The position numbers and the translations under genes were made by a program. The notes below the pieces were generated by a model. The model worked only from the letters and a program-made list of their open reading frames with translations. It ran no database searches and was not told the DNA's origin. A stretch of 64,000 nt of DNA from Octopus vulgaris. Lineage: Eukaryota. The first letter of the stretch is position 1. Each line of letters opens with the position of its first letter. Positions 51,770 to 64,000 of this stretch are shown one piece after another. The DNA is taken from positions 21,266,001 through 21,330,000 of the forward strand of contig OX597837.1 of NCBI GenBank assembly GCA_951406725.2, in the 5' to 3' direction.

Positions 51770-51960
51770 CTCATTGTTTTTGGAAGTACTTCCATGGCTT
51801 ATCTTCCTATAGGTTTCTTCCCAGATGATTTGACTGGCTGGGTGGTAAATCTGGGTACTGCAGGCAGTGCCCAGTAAGTTGCAGTTGTCTTCTTGTATCA
51901 TGTTGGTGAAACGGAGCACCAGAATTAAGGCCTTGGAATATTTTGGTAAACCCAAGATCA
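51770..51960 (-). pseudogene. Degenerate LINE ORF2 C-terminal fragment (RTE-like)
   Basis: Reverse frames give RRQLQLTGHCLQYPDLP and ASQIIWE, resembling the RRLxxAGH..ILW motif downstream of LINE RT domains. Confidence 0.5.
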
Positions 51961-52593
51961 AATTATAATAATAAAGCTTTCTTTATTAAGTACAAGGCTA
52001 ATAATAAAATGGATAAAAATTTTGATTGTATTGACACAGAAGCAAGATGACAAAGTGAAGCAAGCTGCATAAAGAAGGACTCGAAGTGAGTGTCTATATA
52101 AAACATACATGTACATATACTTTTATAAACACACATACACATATTTTATTTATAGCTGTGCATCTACATCAGTCATTCTAGAGCCTTAGCTGGATGGCTA
52201 AAATAAAACTAATGTATGCACACACATACACCCACCCGTATGCACGCGTGCGTGCGCGCAGACACACACACCAGCATGAAAAAAAAACAAACCCGTGTAA
52301 GATGATGCTGGTGATGACACATGTATATAAAAATGGGAGTATGTAGATATGTTTGTGTATGTGCTTGTGTGGATGTGTGCTTACATACGTGGAATTGTGT
52401 ATATATATAATATATATGTGTGTGTGTGTATATATTTACATATATGGATAATTATGTCTATATGTAGATGATTGTGTGTGTGTGTATCTATCTATATATA
52501 AATGCACACATAGATGTATGCTTATATATGCAAATATGTGTTTATATTATATATATATTTATACATATGTTTGTGGGTGTGTGTGTGTGTACA

Positions 52594-52639
<46 letters not shown>

Positions 52640-52640
<1 letters not shown>

Positions 52641-52678
52641 ATGTATATATACACATGAACAAACACACTCATAATGTG

Positions 52679-52710
<32 letters not shown>

Positions 52711-52726
52711 AACAAACACACTCATA

Positions 52727-52770
<44 letters not shown>

Positions 52771-52797
52771 ATACACACATAAACAAACACACTCATA

Positions 52798-52842
<45 letters not shown>

Positions 52843-52880
52843 GTATATATATATACACACATATGAACAAACACACTCAT
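52640..52880. repeat. Minisatellite AACAAACACACTCATAATG(TA)n, ~4 copies
   Basis: Directly visible. Confidence 0.9.
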
Positions 52881-53459
52881 CATCCATATATGAATACTTT
52901 AAACTTCCTCTCCATTTTTCTTTGATTCTTCTATTTTGGTAGAAGCAATTTTTTCTCCTTCTTACAGCTCCTAAATTGCCTCTTGTTTCTTTTCTCCCAT
53001 GTCATTCCTTAACCTCTTTCTCTCTCTTTCTCTTGCTATGAAATTATATATCAGGAAAAGCAGCACCATTCTTGTGAAACCCACTAGTTACCTGGCGCTC
53101 TTCTTAAGTATTACTGGCTTGTTGGAGAGAGGCTTAGGGAGCTGAAAACTATAAGCTATCTACAGATGACATCATCCAGCTTGGTCTGGTGTGTGTGTAT
53201 ATATATATATATGAATGTGTGTTTATTTCCTGATAACAGATGTGTGTGTGTATCTTTATGTCTGAGCATATATATTGTGTATGTGTGTTCATTTGTGTGT
53301 ACATATATGTATATGTATATATCTATGTATACACATGCATACCTACTTAAGTATACATGTAACTTCATAATTGTACAGATTATATATATATATATTTATG
53401 TGTGTGTACATGCATATACACATCTTATATCTGTGTATGTATGTATGAATACATGTGCA

Positions 53460-53560
53460 CACATACATACATGCATACATACATACATACATATATATAT
53501 TCTTATGTGTGTAGGTGTGTTTATACACATACATACATACATACATACAGGCATACATAC

Positions 53561-53621
<61 letters not shown>

Positions 53622-53656
53622 TATATTCTTATGTGTAGGTGTGTTTATACACATAC

Positions 53657-53687
<31 letters not shown>

Positions 53688-53740
53688 CACACATATATAT
53701 ATTCTCATGTGTGTAGGTGTGTTTATACACATACGCATAT
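53460..53740. repeat. Minisatellite TTCTYATGTGTGTAGGTGTGTTTATACA(CATA)n(TA)n, 3 copies
   Basis: Directly visible. Confidence 0.9.
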
Positions 53741-54054
53741 ACACAGATATTCCTCTTTTTTTTGTTGTTTTTTGTATATATGCATAGACACACATGCCTA
53801 CATATCTCTGTTTATATGTAGCCACATACTTTATACAGGCACTCACATAAATATAAGAAAAACAACAACCTTACAATGCTGAAATGGGCTGTTATAAACC
53901 ACTCCACTGTCAGACCCACATCTCAGAACATATCATCATGGTTGGTGGAATGGTAGTTGTAATATGAAGCATGAATGTTCTTTAATTCCTGCTGCCAATA
54001 AATTTTTTTTTATTTTTATTCAGCTTTTTTTTTCCTTTTTGTTAACTTTTCTTG

Positions 54055-54205
54055 TATGGTGAATTAAGAGAGCTTGCTTTGCAGTAACAAGGTTTGGGGT
54101 TCAGTCCCGCTGCATGGCATCTTGGGCAAATATCTTTTACTATAACCCCAGGCCAACCAAAGTCTTGTAAGTGAATTTGGTAGACAACTCTGTGGAACCC
54201 TGTCA

Positions 54206-54285
<80 letters not shown>

Positions 54286-54317
54286 CTTATCAATCTCTCT
54301 CTCTCTCTCCCTAGCTA

Positions 54318-54361
<44 letters not shown>

Positions 54362-54610
54362 CATCCCTATCTATCTATCCCTGCCTCTCTATATATGTGT
54401 GTGTGTGTATTTATTTGATGTCTTTGCATCTGTCTCCTGTCTCCACTTGAAAACCAGTGTTGCTTTGTTTATAGCCTCATAACTTAGCTGTTTGGTAAAA
54501 GTGACCAATAAAATAAGTACCAGACATAAAAACAAAAAATGACTGGGATTAAGTTGTCCCTCTAAAAACCCTACAGGGTGGTGCTCCAGCACGGCTACAA
54601 AATAAAAGAT
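54055..54610 (+). mobile_element. Family A SINE with internal (ATCT)n/(CT)n expansion
   Basis: Head and tail homology flank a ~190-bp microsatellite. Confidence 0.75.
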
Positions 54611-54842
54611 AAATTCTATAACCATGTGATTAAGATTCCAGTTTGTGGCCACAAGGATCTGTTTTCAGTTTCCCCTACGAGGCACCTTGAGCATATGGAC
54701 TTACCTCTAGTTTTGAGTTGGCTAATGAATTGCAAGTGAAATTTGGTAGACAGAAACTGCCCAGAGGCCTATTTTATGGGGGGTTTTTTTTGTATGTTTG
54801 CATAAATGTTTACCAGTGGGAAAACAGTGTTAAGTTGTATCA

Positions 54843-55002
54843 CAGGAGTGGCTGTGTGGTAAGCAGCTTGCTCCCCAACCACATGGTTCTGGGTTCAGTA
54901 CCATTGCATGGCATCTCGGGCAAGTGACTTCTACTATAGCCTTGGGCCATCTAAAGCCTTGTGAGTGGATTTTGTAGACAGAAACTGAAAGAAGCCTGTA
55001 TG

Positions 55003-55044
<42 letters not shown>

Positions 55045-55265
55045 ATCTGTGTTTGTGTATCTGTGTTTGTGCCCCCCCCCCCCCCCGTCACCACTTGACA
55101 ACTGGTGTTGGTGTGTTTGCATCCCCCGTAACTTAGTGGTTCAGTGAAAGAGGTTGATAGAATACATATAAGACTTAAAAAATAAGTACTGGGGTTGATT
55201 TATTCGACTAAAAATTGGAGGTGGTGCCCCAGCATGGCCACAGTCTACTGATTGAAACGGATAAA
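54843..55265 (+). mobile_element. Family A SINE, full length
   Basis: Homology to family A. Confidence 0.85.
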
Positions 55266-55294
55266 AAATGGTAATTTAGCCTTTCAGTAAATAT

Positions 55295-55562
55295 AGCACT
55301 CGACTGCTCTATTGGTGAAGCTGTACCAACAGAGATGCCACTTCCTGAACAGAACTCGATTGCGGGAGCACACGGAAAATGTGAACTGCACAAGTCCAGA
55401 GCCAACTACACGCCTATATTCCCAGCAGACCACCAATGCTTGACCTGCAGCAAAGCTTTCTGAGAGCATGCATCAGGCTGATTGGCCACAGTCAGGCACA
55501 CTGTGACCCATCTTCACTCATGTGATGTCGTTGGTCATCATTGACAGTGATGGATGAACAGT
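55295..55562 (+). pseudogene. 5'-truncated RTE-clade LINE 3' end (ORF2 C-terminal C2H2-like finger plus 3' UTR)
   Basis: EQNSIAGAHGKCELHKSRA...HQCLTCSKAF / RACIRLIGHSQAH resembles RTE CxxCxRxFRARIGLxSHxRxH; RTE-like 3' UTR GGTCATCATTGACAGTGATGGATGAAC. Confidence 0.75.
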
Positions 55563-55878
55563 ATTGCTCTTGGTCTTCAGGAAAATCTTGGACTGTGAGG
55601 TTCCTCGATTATCCCTAGAGGTCCTCCTGTATCAGGAGGGCTGTATCGCTATCATTCTCCACCCACCCCATTTTCCCCCCTTTTTTAAAACCTTTCTATA
55701 CCATGTATATGTCCTTTACTTTCCATTGTGTATACTTACATTTTTCTTTTTATAATTATTTTATCATTTCATTATATGTAAACTCCCACACTTATGCCTG
55801 TCTTTGTACTGTACCCCCTGTCTATCCTTTGCCTGGTGGCAAATAAGTGAAATAACCATCATCATCATCATCATTATT

Positions 55879-56552
55879 AGGCAGCGAGCTGGCAGAATTG
55901 TTAGTACGCTGGCCAAAATGCTTAGTGGTGTTTCATCTGTTGCTACATTCTGATTTCAAATTCCACCAAGGTCAACTTTGCCTTTCATCCTTTTGGGGTC
56001 AATAAAATAAGTACTAATTGAATGTTGGAGTCGATGAAATCACTCATCCCCCACCTCCTCCAAGCTGCCCTTGAGGTAAAAATTTGAAATAATAATAATA
56101 ATTGTTATTATTATTATTATCATCATTATTAGGCAGAGAGCTGGCAGAAACATTAGCATGCCAGGTGAAATACTTAGTGGTATTTTGCCTGTCACTACAT
56201 TCTGAGTTCAAATTCCACTGAGATCGACTTTGCCTTTCATCCTTTCGGAGTTGATTAAATCTGCACCAGTTATGCACTGGGGTCGATGTAATCTACTTAA
56301 TTTATTTGTCTTGTTTTTTTTTTTGTCCCTTCTATGTTTAGCCCCCTGTGGGCAATAAAGAAATAATTATTAGACAGCGAGCTGGCAGAATCGTTAGCAT
56401 GCTTAGTGGCATTTCGTCTGTTGCTATGTTCTGAGTTCAAATTCTACTGAGGTTGACTTTGCCTTTCATCCTGTTGAGATTGATAAATTAAGCACCAGTG
56501 AAACACTAAGGCCGATGTAATCGACTATTCCCCTACCCCAAATTTGTGGCCT
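55879..56552 (+). mobile_element. Array of three family B SINEs
   Basis: Heads AGRCAGMGAGCTGGCAGAA at ~55879, 56131, 56372, each preceded by ATTATT. Confidence 0.85.
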
Positions 56553-56970
56553 TAAATCGAAATCTTTCAACATGAATGGAAATTGTAGCTGAGATACCAG
56601 TGCCGGTGGCACGTAAGAGAACCGTCTGAACGTGGCCGTTGCCAGCGCCGCCCCGACTAGCCTCCGTGTTGGTGGCACGTAAAAAGCACCATCCGATTGT
56701 GGCCGTTGCCAGCCTCGTCTGGCCCCCGTGCCGGTGGCATGTAAAAAGCACCATCTGATCGTGACCGTTTGCCAGCCTCGTCTGGCACCTGTGCAGGTGG
56801 CACATAAAAAGCACCCACTACACTCTCGGAGTGGTTGGCATTAGGAAGGGCATCCAGCTGTAGAAACACTGCCAGATCAGACTGGGCCTGGCGCAGCCTT
56901 CTGGCTTCCCAGACCCCAGTTGAACCGTCCAACCCATGCTAGCATGGAAAACGGACGTTAAACGATGATG
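56553..56970 (+). mobile_element. Family C retroposon, young copy with 4 internal units
   Basis: GGTGGCAYRTAA at ~56605, 56671, 56733, 56797; (GAT)n tail. Confidence 0.9.
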
Positions 56971-57417
56971 ATTATTATTATTATTATAAATATAGATCAA
57001 TTTGAATAAGTATTAAGGTTAATATGATTGACAGAAAGCCTTTGAATATATTTCAGTGTGTATTATTGTCATTGGACTGCGGCATGGCTTCTGTCCAATG
57101 ACTGAAACAAAATAGTAAACAAACTCTGTTCTTATTTAATCAGGAGGGTGGGGTAGGGACCCTTAATGTCTCCCAGTGGATTTCAGAAAATTTTGAACTT
57201 TAGTACTTGTTCCCCCACTTTTTTAAATTATTTATTATAAAAAATTAGTGTGTTACTGTCTGTTGTACATATTTAAAAATATTGTTATTGTTCATTTTTA
57301 GAAGATTGATTAAATGCTTTCCAGCTTTCAGATTTGTCTTATGATCTGAATTATTCCTGCCTTCAGAAAAAGAAAATGTGGTTTAGTAGCAGTATAATTA
57401 ATTAATTATTATTATTA

Positions 57418-58045
57418 AGGCAGTGGAGGCAGCAAGCTGGCAGAATTTCATCTGTCTTTACATTCTGAGTTCAAATGCTGCCAGGATCAATTTGCCTTTC
57501 ATTTTTTTCAGAGTTGATAAAATAAGTACCAGTTGAGCACTAATCGATTTAGCCCCCTCCCCTTGAAAATGCTGGCCTTGTGCCAAAATTTGAAGCCATT
57601 ATTAAGACAGTGAGCTAGCAGAATTGTTAGCACACCAGACAAAATTCTTAGAGACATTTCTTTTGGTTTTATGTACTGAGTTCAAATTTCACTGAGGTTG
57701 ACTTTGCTTTTCATCCTTTCAGGGTCAATGAAATAAGTACCAGTTATGCACTGGGATCAGTGCAATTGACTGAGTTTCATGCCTTTTGCCTATAGTAGAA
57801 AAAATTGTTTTTATTTTTAATTGTTGCTGTTAGGGAGCATGCTGGCAGAAATAATTAGAGCATCAAAAAGGATACATTGTTGTAATTATTGCAATCCTTT
57901 ACGTTTTGAGTTCAAATCTCACTGAGGTGAACTTTCTCTTTCACACCTTTCAGGGCTGATGAAATAAAGTACCAGTCTAGTACCAGTGTTGATGTAATTA
58001 TCTGTTTGTCCACTCCTCTCTTTGTATCTAAATTGGAAACATTTG
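57418..58045 (+). mobile_element. Array of three family B SINEs
   Basis: Three GAGTTCAAAT..CTTTCA..CTTTC cores. Confidence 0.8.
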
Positions 58046-58183
58046 TTAATTATTCTAGTAAAAATTACCTCAACATAAAAGCAACAAGGCTTTTTAAATA
58101 TTTTCTTGCTGAGGTACAAATGGAAATATTTTGTGAAAAAATTTGGAGTGTCTTTTCAATTTTCACATTCTTTTTGTTTATAT

Positions 58184-58439
58184 CGGTGGTCCTCAGCTGG
58201 GGTCTATATGACTCTTAAGGGTCCACATAACATTTTATTGCTAAAATTTATCTGCAATAAATTGGTTATACTTTTACAATACACCAAATATTTTAACAAT
58301 TTTTTAAATACAATTCCTAATAATATTTAGCTGTTAAAACTATATAGGATTTTTTAAAAAAACATTGGATGGTTATAGGAGTCAAAGTAGTATAAAATAG
58401 GGATCAAAGATGTCCATAAGTAAAAAATGGGCAACGCTG
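58184..58439. mobile_element. hAT-type MITE related to 46462-47186, degenerate
   Basis: CGGTGGTCCTCAGCTGGGGTCTATATGA start and GTCCATAAGTAAAAAATGG end match the other copy. Confidence 0.55.
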
Positions 58440-58679
58440 GGTTATATCATCAATTACTGAGCATTTTTATAGCAGAAGCATAATCACTCAGTTTAACTAT
58501 AACTGCAAAGTATAAATGGTCTAAAAGAACAGCATGTTTTAGTGTTTCTTCCTTATCAGCATTACAGCTTGGGTGACTAACAACTGGTGGGTGAGGAGTT
58601 CTTAACTTCCCATACTAGCACTTGGCGTTTGGGGAATTGTATCACTGTTATAGGAATATAAAGATCCTTATGGTTTTTA

Positions 58680-59181
58680 TCATTGGACTGTGGCTATACT
58701 GGGGCACCACCTTGAAAGATTTATTTGAATAGTTGAATACATTGCTCTCGGTCTTTTTTTTATTATTATTATCAAACTGTTAAACTCTGACTAAATTGTA
58801 AGCCTATTGGTTATTCTGTTGGTATCTTTTTGAGAAACTGCCAAGTCAGAGGGATGTAAATAAACCAACACTGGTTGTCAAGGAGTGGTGGGATACAAAC
58901 AAAAGCATGCCAATGCATGAAACTCACAGACCTCAAGTCACTCTGTTGCTCCTGCTAAATATTAATAAAACGCTATCTATCTATGTATATACACACGCAC
59001 ACAGAGTAATCTATCAATTATCATGGGTGTTATGTTCCAAAAATCCCCTGCGATAGGTGAAAATCTGTGAAGTATTGTGTATTTTTTAAAATTATTTTTA
59101 TAATTTGTATATATTTATTTTATTATAAATGCAAAGAGGAATTGATGTAAGCTTAAATAATAAACTGCGACATGGTGAGTT

Positions 59182-59234
<53 letters not shown>

Positions 59235-59400
59235 TGATGGGCTTCTTTCAGTTTCTGTCTACCAAATTCACTCACAAGGCTTTGGTTGGCCCAGGGCTAT
59301 ACTAGAAGACACTTGTCCAAAGTGCCACATACTGGAGCTGAACCTCAAGCCATGTATTTGGGAAGCAAATTTCTTACCACACAGCCACAACTGTGCCTGT
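58680..59400 (-). mobile_element. Family A SINE split by an insert (~59000-59190, possible pogo/Tigger-type MITE)
   Basis: Tail ~58680-58900, head ~59235-59400; insert bounded by AGTAAT..ATTACT. Confidence 0.6.
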
Positions 59401-59856
59401 GTGTATACATATATATTTATAATGCACTCTTGCACATTAAAGCATGAAAGGTCATATAAAGATAGTTTAGAATTTAAGACAGAGAATTATTTATCTTCGT
59501 TCATTTAACTATTTATTGATTTGTTTTACAATTTAGTCAGAGTTTGAAACTAAAATTGTTGATATCCTTTGACCCTGCACATGGCTAATTATTGATCTTC
59601 ATTTTCAGTAGTTTGAAGTCAAAATTTAGGATTTGATGATACTTTTCATTTTGTTTTTTTTCTCAAATTAACTTGTATAATTAACTGTTAATGGTCTGGA
59701 ATGAATTAGTAAAATATAAGTAATACATTCTGACTGATACACCTGCTTCATAGTTCTCTCTTTTTGTCTTTTCTCTAATCACAAGAAATTCTTTGTTTCC
59801 TAATGTCATGTATTGTCTCCAGATACAGCAACAAGACTAATTTTATTTCTCTGTAG

Positions 59857-59887
59857 AATACGAAGAAAGTAGCGATGATCTTAATTA
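59857..59887 (+). other. Candidate small exon (x)YEESSDDLN; 3' boundary uncertain
   Basis: Branch-like GACTAAT plus TTTTATTTCTCTGTAG| acceptor; possible donors at 59869 (GTAGCG) or 59888 (GTAAAT), or in-frame TAG. Confidence 0.3.
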
Positions 59888-60486
59888 GTAAATAGTGTGT
59901 AAAGATAGGTTTGCAATACGGGATAAATTACTTGAGTTCAAATCTCACTGGGGACCCCGCCAACGCAGTAAAATTAGCACAAGGAAGTGGAGTTATTTCC
60001 AGAACATTCTCCACAATTCCCAAATCAGGCCTCATAAGCTATTAAAGAAATTCAGTTTTTTAGTGTTTAGCCTTGTGTGTTTTGCATTAGAAGTGCTGGA
60101 TCACTGGGATATTTACACATCATCATTGTCAGCATCATTATTTTGATGTCAACTTCTCCATACCAGCATAATTTAATGTCAGCTGGTTGGGAGATTTTTT
60201 ACAGCTGGATGCCCTTCTTGTCACTAAACCTCACAAATAAGGTAATATTTCCCCTTTGATCAAATATTTTCATGGAAAGTTGGAAATAGGAAACCATTTA
60301 CATGATGATGTCACTTGTTTACAACTTTCATGTAAGACACACATGCATGCATACATACACACATACACATGCATACATACATATACCCACACATCTATAT
60401 ATATCTATATACATATCTTCATCTCCATGTATTCACATATATGTACATATCTATATCTAACTACATATGTATATATACACAAACAT

Positions 60487-60533
<47 letters not shown>

Positions 60534-60583
60534 GGTGCCCCAGCATGGCCACAGCTCATAAGCTGAAACTAGAATCAATCAAT

Positions 60584-60636
<53 letters not shown>

Positions 60637-60705
60637 CATGCACACATATACATACATAAATATATACATGCATTCACATGCACACATATACACACACATA
60701 CATAT

Positions 60706-60868
60706 ATGACAGGCTTATTTTGGTTTCTGTCCACCAAATCCACTCTCAAAGCTTTGGTCGGCCTGGGGCTATAATAGAAAACACTTGCCCAAGGTACCAC
60801 ACAGTGGGACTGAACCCCAGAACCATGTGGTTGGGAAGCAAGCTTCTTACCACACAGCCATGCCTGCA
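60706..60868 (-). mobile_element. Family A SINE, 5' half
   Basis: Homology to family A head. Confidence 0.8.
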
Positions 60869-61295
60869 CCCATGTTCACACTTAATGATCTAAGTATGTG
60901 TGAGACAGAGACAGACCGATGCTGATAATGCCTTTTCTGACACAGTTATAATCTTTGTATTGAATGTAAGCCCTAAATATTAGCAATATTGAATATGCAA
61001 GAAGAGACATAGTGTAGGAAAGCAAACAGAATATATAAGCATGTGATATGTTTATTGATTGGAAATACTGTCATTTCATAGTCTAGCTCTCTTCCTCCCT
61101 TCTCCCGCACTCAATTGTACTTTCCACTCACATACATGTCAGAATTGTGGTACAGATTCAATATGTTAAACTGCATTATCCTCAGCTATTGTTATTTTTG
61201 TGCTGTGCCCGGTATTCTTCCTAGCTTCTTCATTCAGTCAGTTTGAGAATGGAACTTTCATTTGTGGGTAGGTCTTGTTTAGTTACATCATATCC

Positions 61296-61990
61296 TTAAC
61301 TCTTTCGGCTTCAGATTATTCTGTCAAATGTAAGGCTTTTTTTTTTATAGGCGCAGGCATGGCTGTGTGGTAAGAAGCTACCAAACCACATGGTTCTGGG
61401 TTCAGTCCCACTGCATGCCACCTTGGGCAAGTATCAACTATAGCCTCAGGCCAGCCCAAAGCTTTGAGTGGATTTGGTATATGGAAACTGAAAGAAGCCC
61501 ATTGTACATGTGTGTGTGTGTGTATATATATAAATAATAAGGGTGGCTTGTTAGAAATTTTTCAGCCAAAAGGCAAAAATATATATGTTACTAAAGCAAC
61601 TGAATACCAGTATTGCTAAAAATAAGAGTCAAAACAACTCCTATCCACAATAAGCATCATCTTGTTGACTGACAAGGGAGGGAAGTTCCCTGCCTGGTGC
61701 TTAAGGAGCTGGCTTCCCTTGACAGTCAATAAGATGGTGCTTATTGTGGCCATGAGTTATTTTGACTCTTATTTGTGGTGCTCCAGCATGGCCACAATCA
61801 AATAACTGAAACAAGTAAAAGAATGAAAGAATTGTTTTGAATTATTTATGCAAGATTTTGATGATGTGATGTTTTCTTTTCTGAACGACATTGTAGAATG
61901 GGTGTGAGAGGCCAAATCTGGCCAGTTTAAACATAAAACCTGTAGAATATTTAAATCAAATGCAACAGGTGTACATGCTAAAAGGTTAAG
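61296..61990. mobile_element. P1 MITE interrupted by a family A SINE (61349-61827), which itself contains a hairpin insert
   Basis: P1 start TTAACTCTTT..TCAGATTATTCTGTCAAATG, resumes ATTGTTTTGAATTA at ~61830, ends GCTAAAAGGTTAA. Confidence 0.75.
61620..61774. repeat. ~155-bp imperfect palindrome
   Basis: AAATAAGAGTCAAAA...GACTGACAAGGGA pairs with TCCCTTGACAGTC...TTTTGACTCTTATTT. Confidence 0.85.
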
Positions 61991-62776
61991 CTTACGGAGC
62001 AACTAACATGCTTCACTTCAGTGTTTTGTGAAGTTATGTTCACTCTACTGGCATAGTTTGTTTGGGAATTTAACCATTTCTCATGAGTTTTGAGGTATGT
62101 AGGTGTATTTTGGTGGCTAAATGTGGAATTCCTTCTAATCCACTACTCATCTACTTTGAAGTGAGACTTGTATCTAATTTCTGGCTTACAAAAAATGCTG
62201 TTGGAAACTACTAATCCTCAATAAGTTCTGAGTAATTAAGAGGAAGTTTTGATGTTTTCTATGTTTGTTTAAATTTACGAGAAGCCCGTTGGTCATAATT
62301 TAATCATTTTTAGTGTTTTGGAGACTAATGGATTATTTAACATTACTGCAGTCAATTACAAAAAGAAAAAAAAGAACAAAAAAAAATAATGTAGGCTAAA
62401 TCTGCTTGGTATATATTTTATCTATAACAGCTGCTATATGCACTGGTTTTGTGCAGTTGCAGGTTGGTGTGAGGCTACAACAATCCAAGCAGGTATTTCT
62501 GTCAAGGCAGCAAAAATTATTATTTTTTTTTTTCAAATCAGATTTATATCCATGTTAGCAGGTTTAATGTCAGACTGTAAAAGATCATGTTCTTTCTTGA
62601 TAATAAAACTTAATTTATATAATAATTTTATATTTGAATCTCATTCATGTCATAACCTTTTGCTATAGTTGATTTCAGTATATAACACAAAGGTGTTCCA
62701 AACACAACTGAAGACTTCTTTTTCTTTTCTGTTTTTTAATGATTTTGATTTCAAAACTGTAATTGGAACAAATTCT

Positions 62777-63002
62777 TTAACCCTTTAGTGTTTAAACCGG
62801 CTGTATCCGGCCTGAATATTCTACTCATTTTATGCTCAAACTGGCCAGAACCAGCATCTCACACCTACCCTGCAATGTCATTCTAAGAATAAACAATTAC
62901 ATTTTTCAAATCTTGAAGTTACAAGATAATACCAGATTAATATTTTAAAATGTAAATGAATAAGGATTACTTTTGACATTAATTTGAATGCTAAAGGGTT
63001 AA
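62777..63002. mobile_element. P1 MITE
   Basis: TTAA-CCCTTTAG ... CTAAAGGG-TTAA. Confidence 0.85.
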
Positions 63003-63346
63003 TGATTTAATGGCCATTCTTTGGAATAAAGCTTTTTTTCCCCAATTAAGTAAGAATCAAGCTCACTTTATTATTTTTCTCATTTTAAATGGCTGTTGTA
63101 TTCCTGATTGAATATTACACAGTAAAAACAGTAAGCTTTTGATAAGAGATTCAGATGTGACTTTGTCTCCATTTTATTTCTCTTTAGTAAGGGTAAATAC
63201 CTTTGGGATTTGTATGAGCAACATATATCCCATTCACATCCTTGATGCATAACTGCAGAAAACCATTGCAACATAGACGGGGGTGGTGGTGGTGCATTGC
63301 AACATAGCACCCCCTCCCCCGCTCCCAAGAGACTGTAGCTGTATCA

Positions 63347-63554
63347 TTAACCCTCTTTCTTAATTCCAACCCTCCCGGGACCACTCTTGGTTATACAAAT
63401 CAAACTTCCTGGTTTAAACGTCTATCATAATTTCATGTTAATTTATGTCTCAGCTTAAGAATGCCAGTTATTTTGCTGAATTCTTTGTTATTTTCAAAAT
63501 TAATTGAAACAAAGGCAAAGTAATTTAATAGAAATATGGTAATGAAAGGGTTAA
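63347..63554. mobile_element. P2-related MITE, diverged
   Basis: TTAACCCTCT start, GTAATGAAAGGGTTAA end, internal similarity to 45304-45524. Confidence 0.6.
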
Positions 63555-63701
63555 ATGCTATGTTCAGAAACTAGTGTGGTTTGATTACTAGCAGTATGTT
63601 TAGAAATTCATTCTTAACCCTTTTAATATCAACCTGCCTGAGACTGTCTGTACTAAATTATATTTAAATATTCAAATTATAAATCTTCATCAAAATCTTT
63701 T

Positions 63702-63926
63702 TCACCCTTTAGCATTTAAACTGGCCATATATGGCCCAAATATTTTACCTGTTTTATGTTCAAACCAGCCATAAGGTCTCTCACACCTACCCTACACAGT
63801 CCTTCTAAAAATAAACAATCACATCATCAAAATCTCAAAGCTACAAGGTAATGCATAATTAATTCAAAACAATGTGAATAAATAAGCAATACATTTCTCA
63901 AAGAAATTTGAATGTTAAAGGGTTAA
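63702..63926. mobile_element. P1 MITE
   Basis: TTCA-CCCTTTAGCATT ... TAAAGGG-TTAA. Confidence 0.85.
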
Positions 63927-64000
63927 AATATGAATCAGATTATGAGATTTCTGTTGGTCAATACCTGCATAATGTAACTTTTATATAAAGTTACAGAAAG

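Noticed and set aside
52040-52085. Possible exon ending GAA|GTGAGT
   Set aside because: Poor polypyrimidine tract and stops in all frames
53166-53882. 238-aa ORF and overlapping ORFs
   Set aside because: Microsatellite/minisatellite translation
56600-56815. CRISPR-like repeat-spacer appearance of family C units
   Set aside because: Linkers are similar to each other, the array is inside a dispersed eukaryotic retroposon, and no cas genes are present

Overview
AT-rich, repeat-dense eukaryotic (animal) genomic DNA with no intact long protein-coding ORF; nearly every ORF in the track is a microsatellite or repeat artefact. From recall (not a database search) the repeat families look like those of coleoid cephalopods, most likely Octopus. 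The window holds dozens of copies of at least four short retroposon families: a CORE-like tRNA SINE with an internal microsatellite (A), a Meta-domain-like SINE in (AAT)n-linked arrays (B), a (GAT)n-tailed element with an internal VNTR (C) and a second tRNA-headed SINE (D). It also has TTAA/piggyBac-type, hAT-type and Tc1/mariner-type MITEs, a Helentron-like element, a decayed Tc1/mariner transposase, RTE LINE 3' fragments, Penelope-like hammerhead relics and many micro/minisatellites. A SINE-poor zone with CpG-containing patches (~7.7-16.7 kb) and a second one (~25.5-27.1 kb) look like promoter/first-exon regions of a large + strand gene; a few tiny candidate exons downstream (54 nt, 18 nt, 12-31 nt) are phase-compatible, but the gene cannot be identified. 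I found no clearly new protein-coding system. The most unusual structures are a MITE flanked by a 99-bp target duplication, repeated inverted self-insertion of a MITE at one internal TTAA, and many long inverted repeats that would give intronic dsRNA. Repeat boundaries were read by eye and are approximate.
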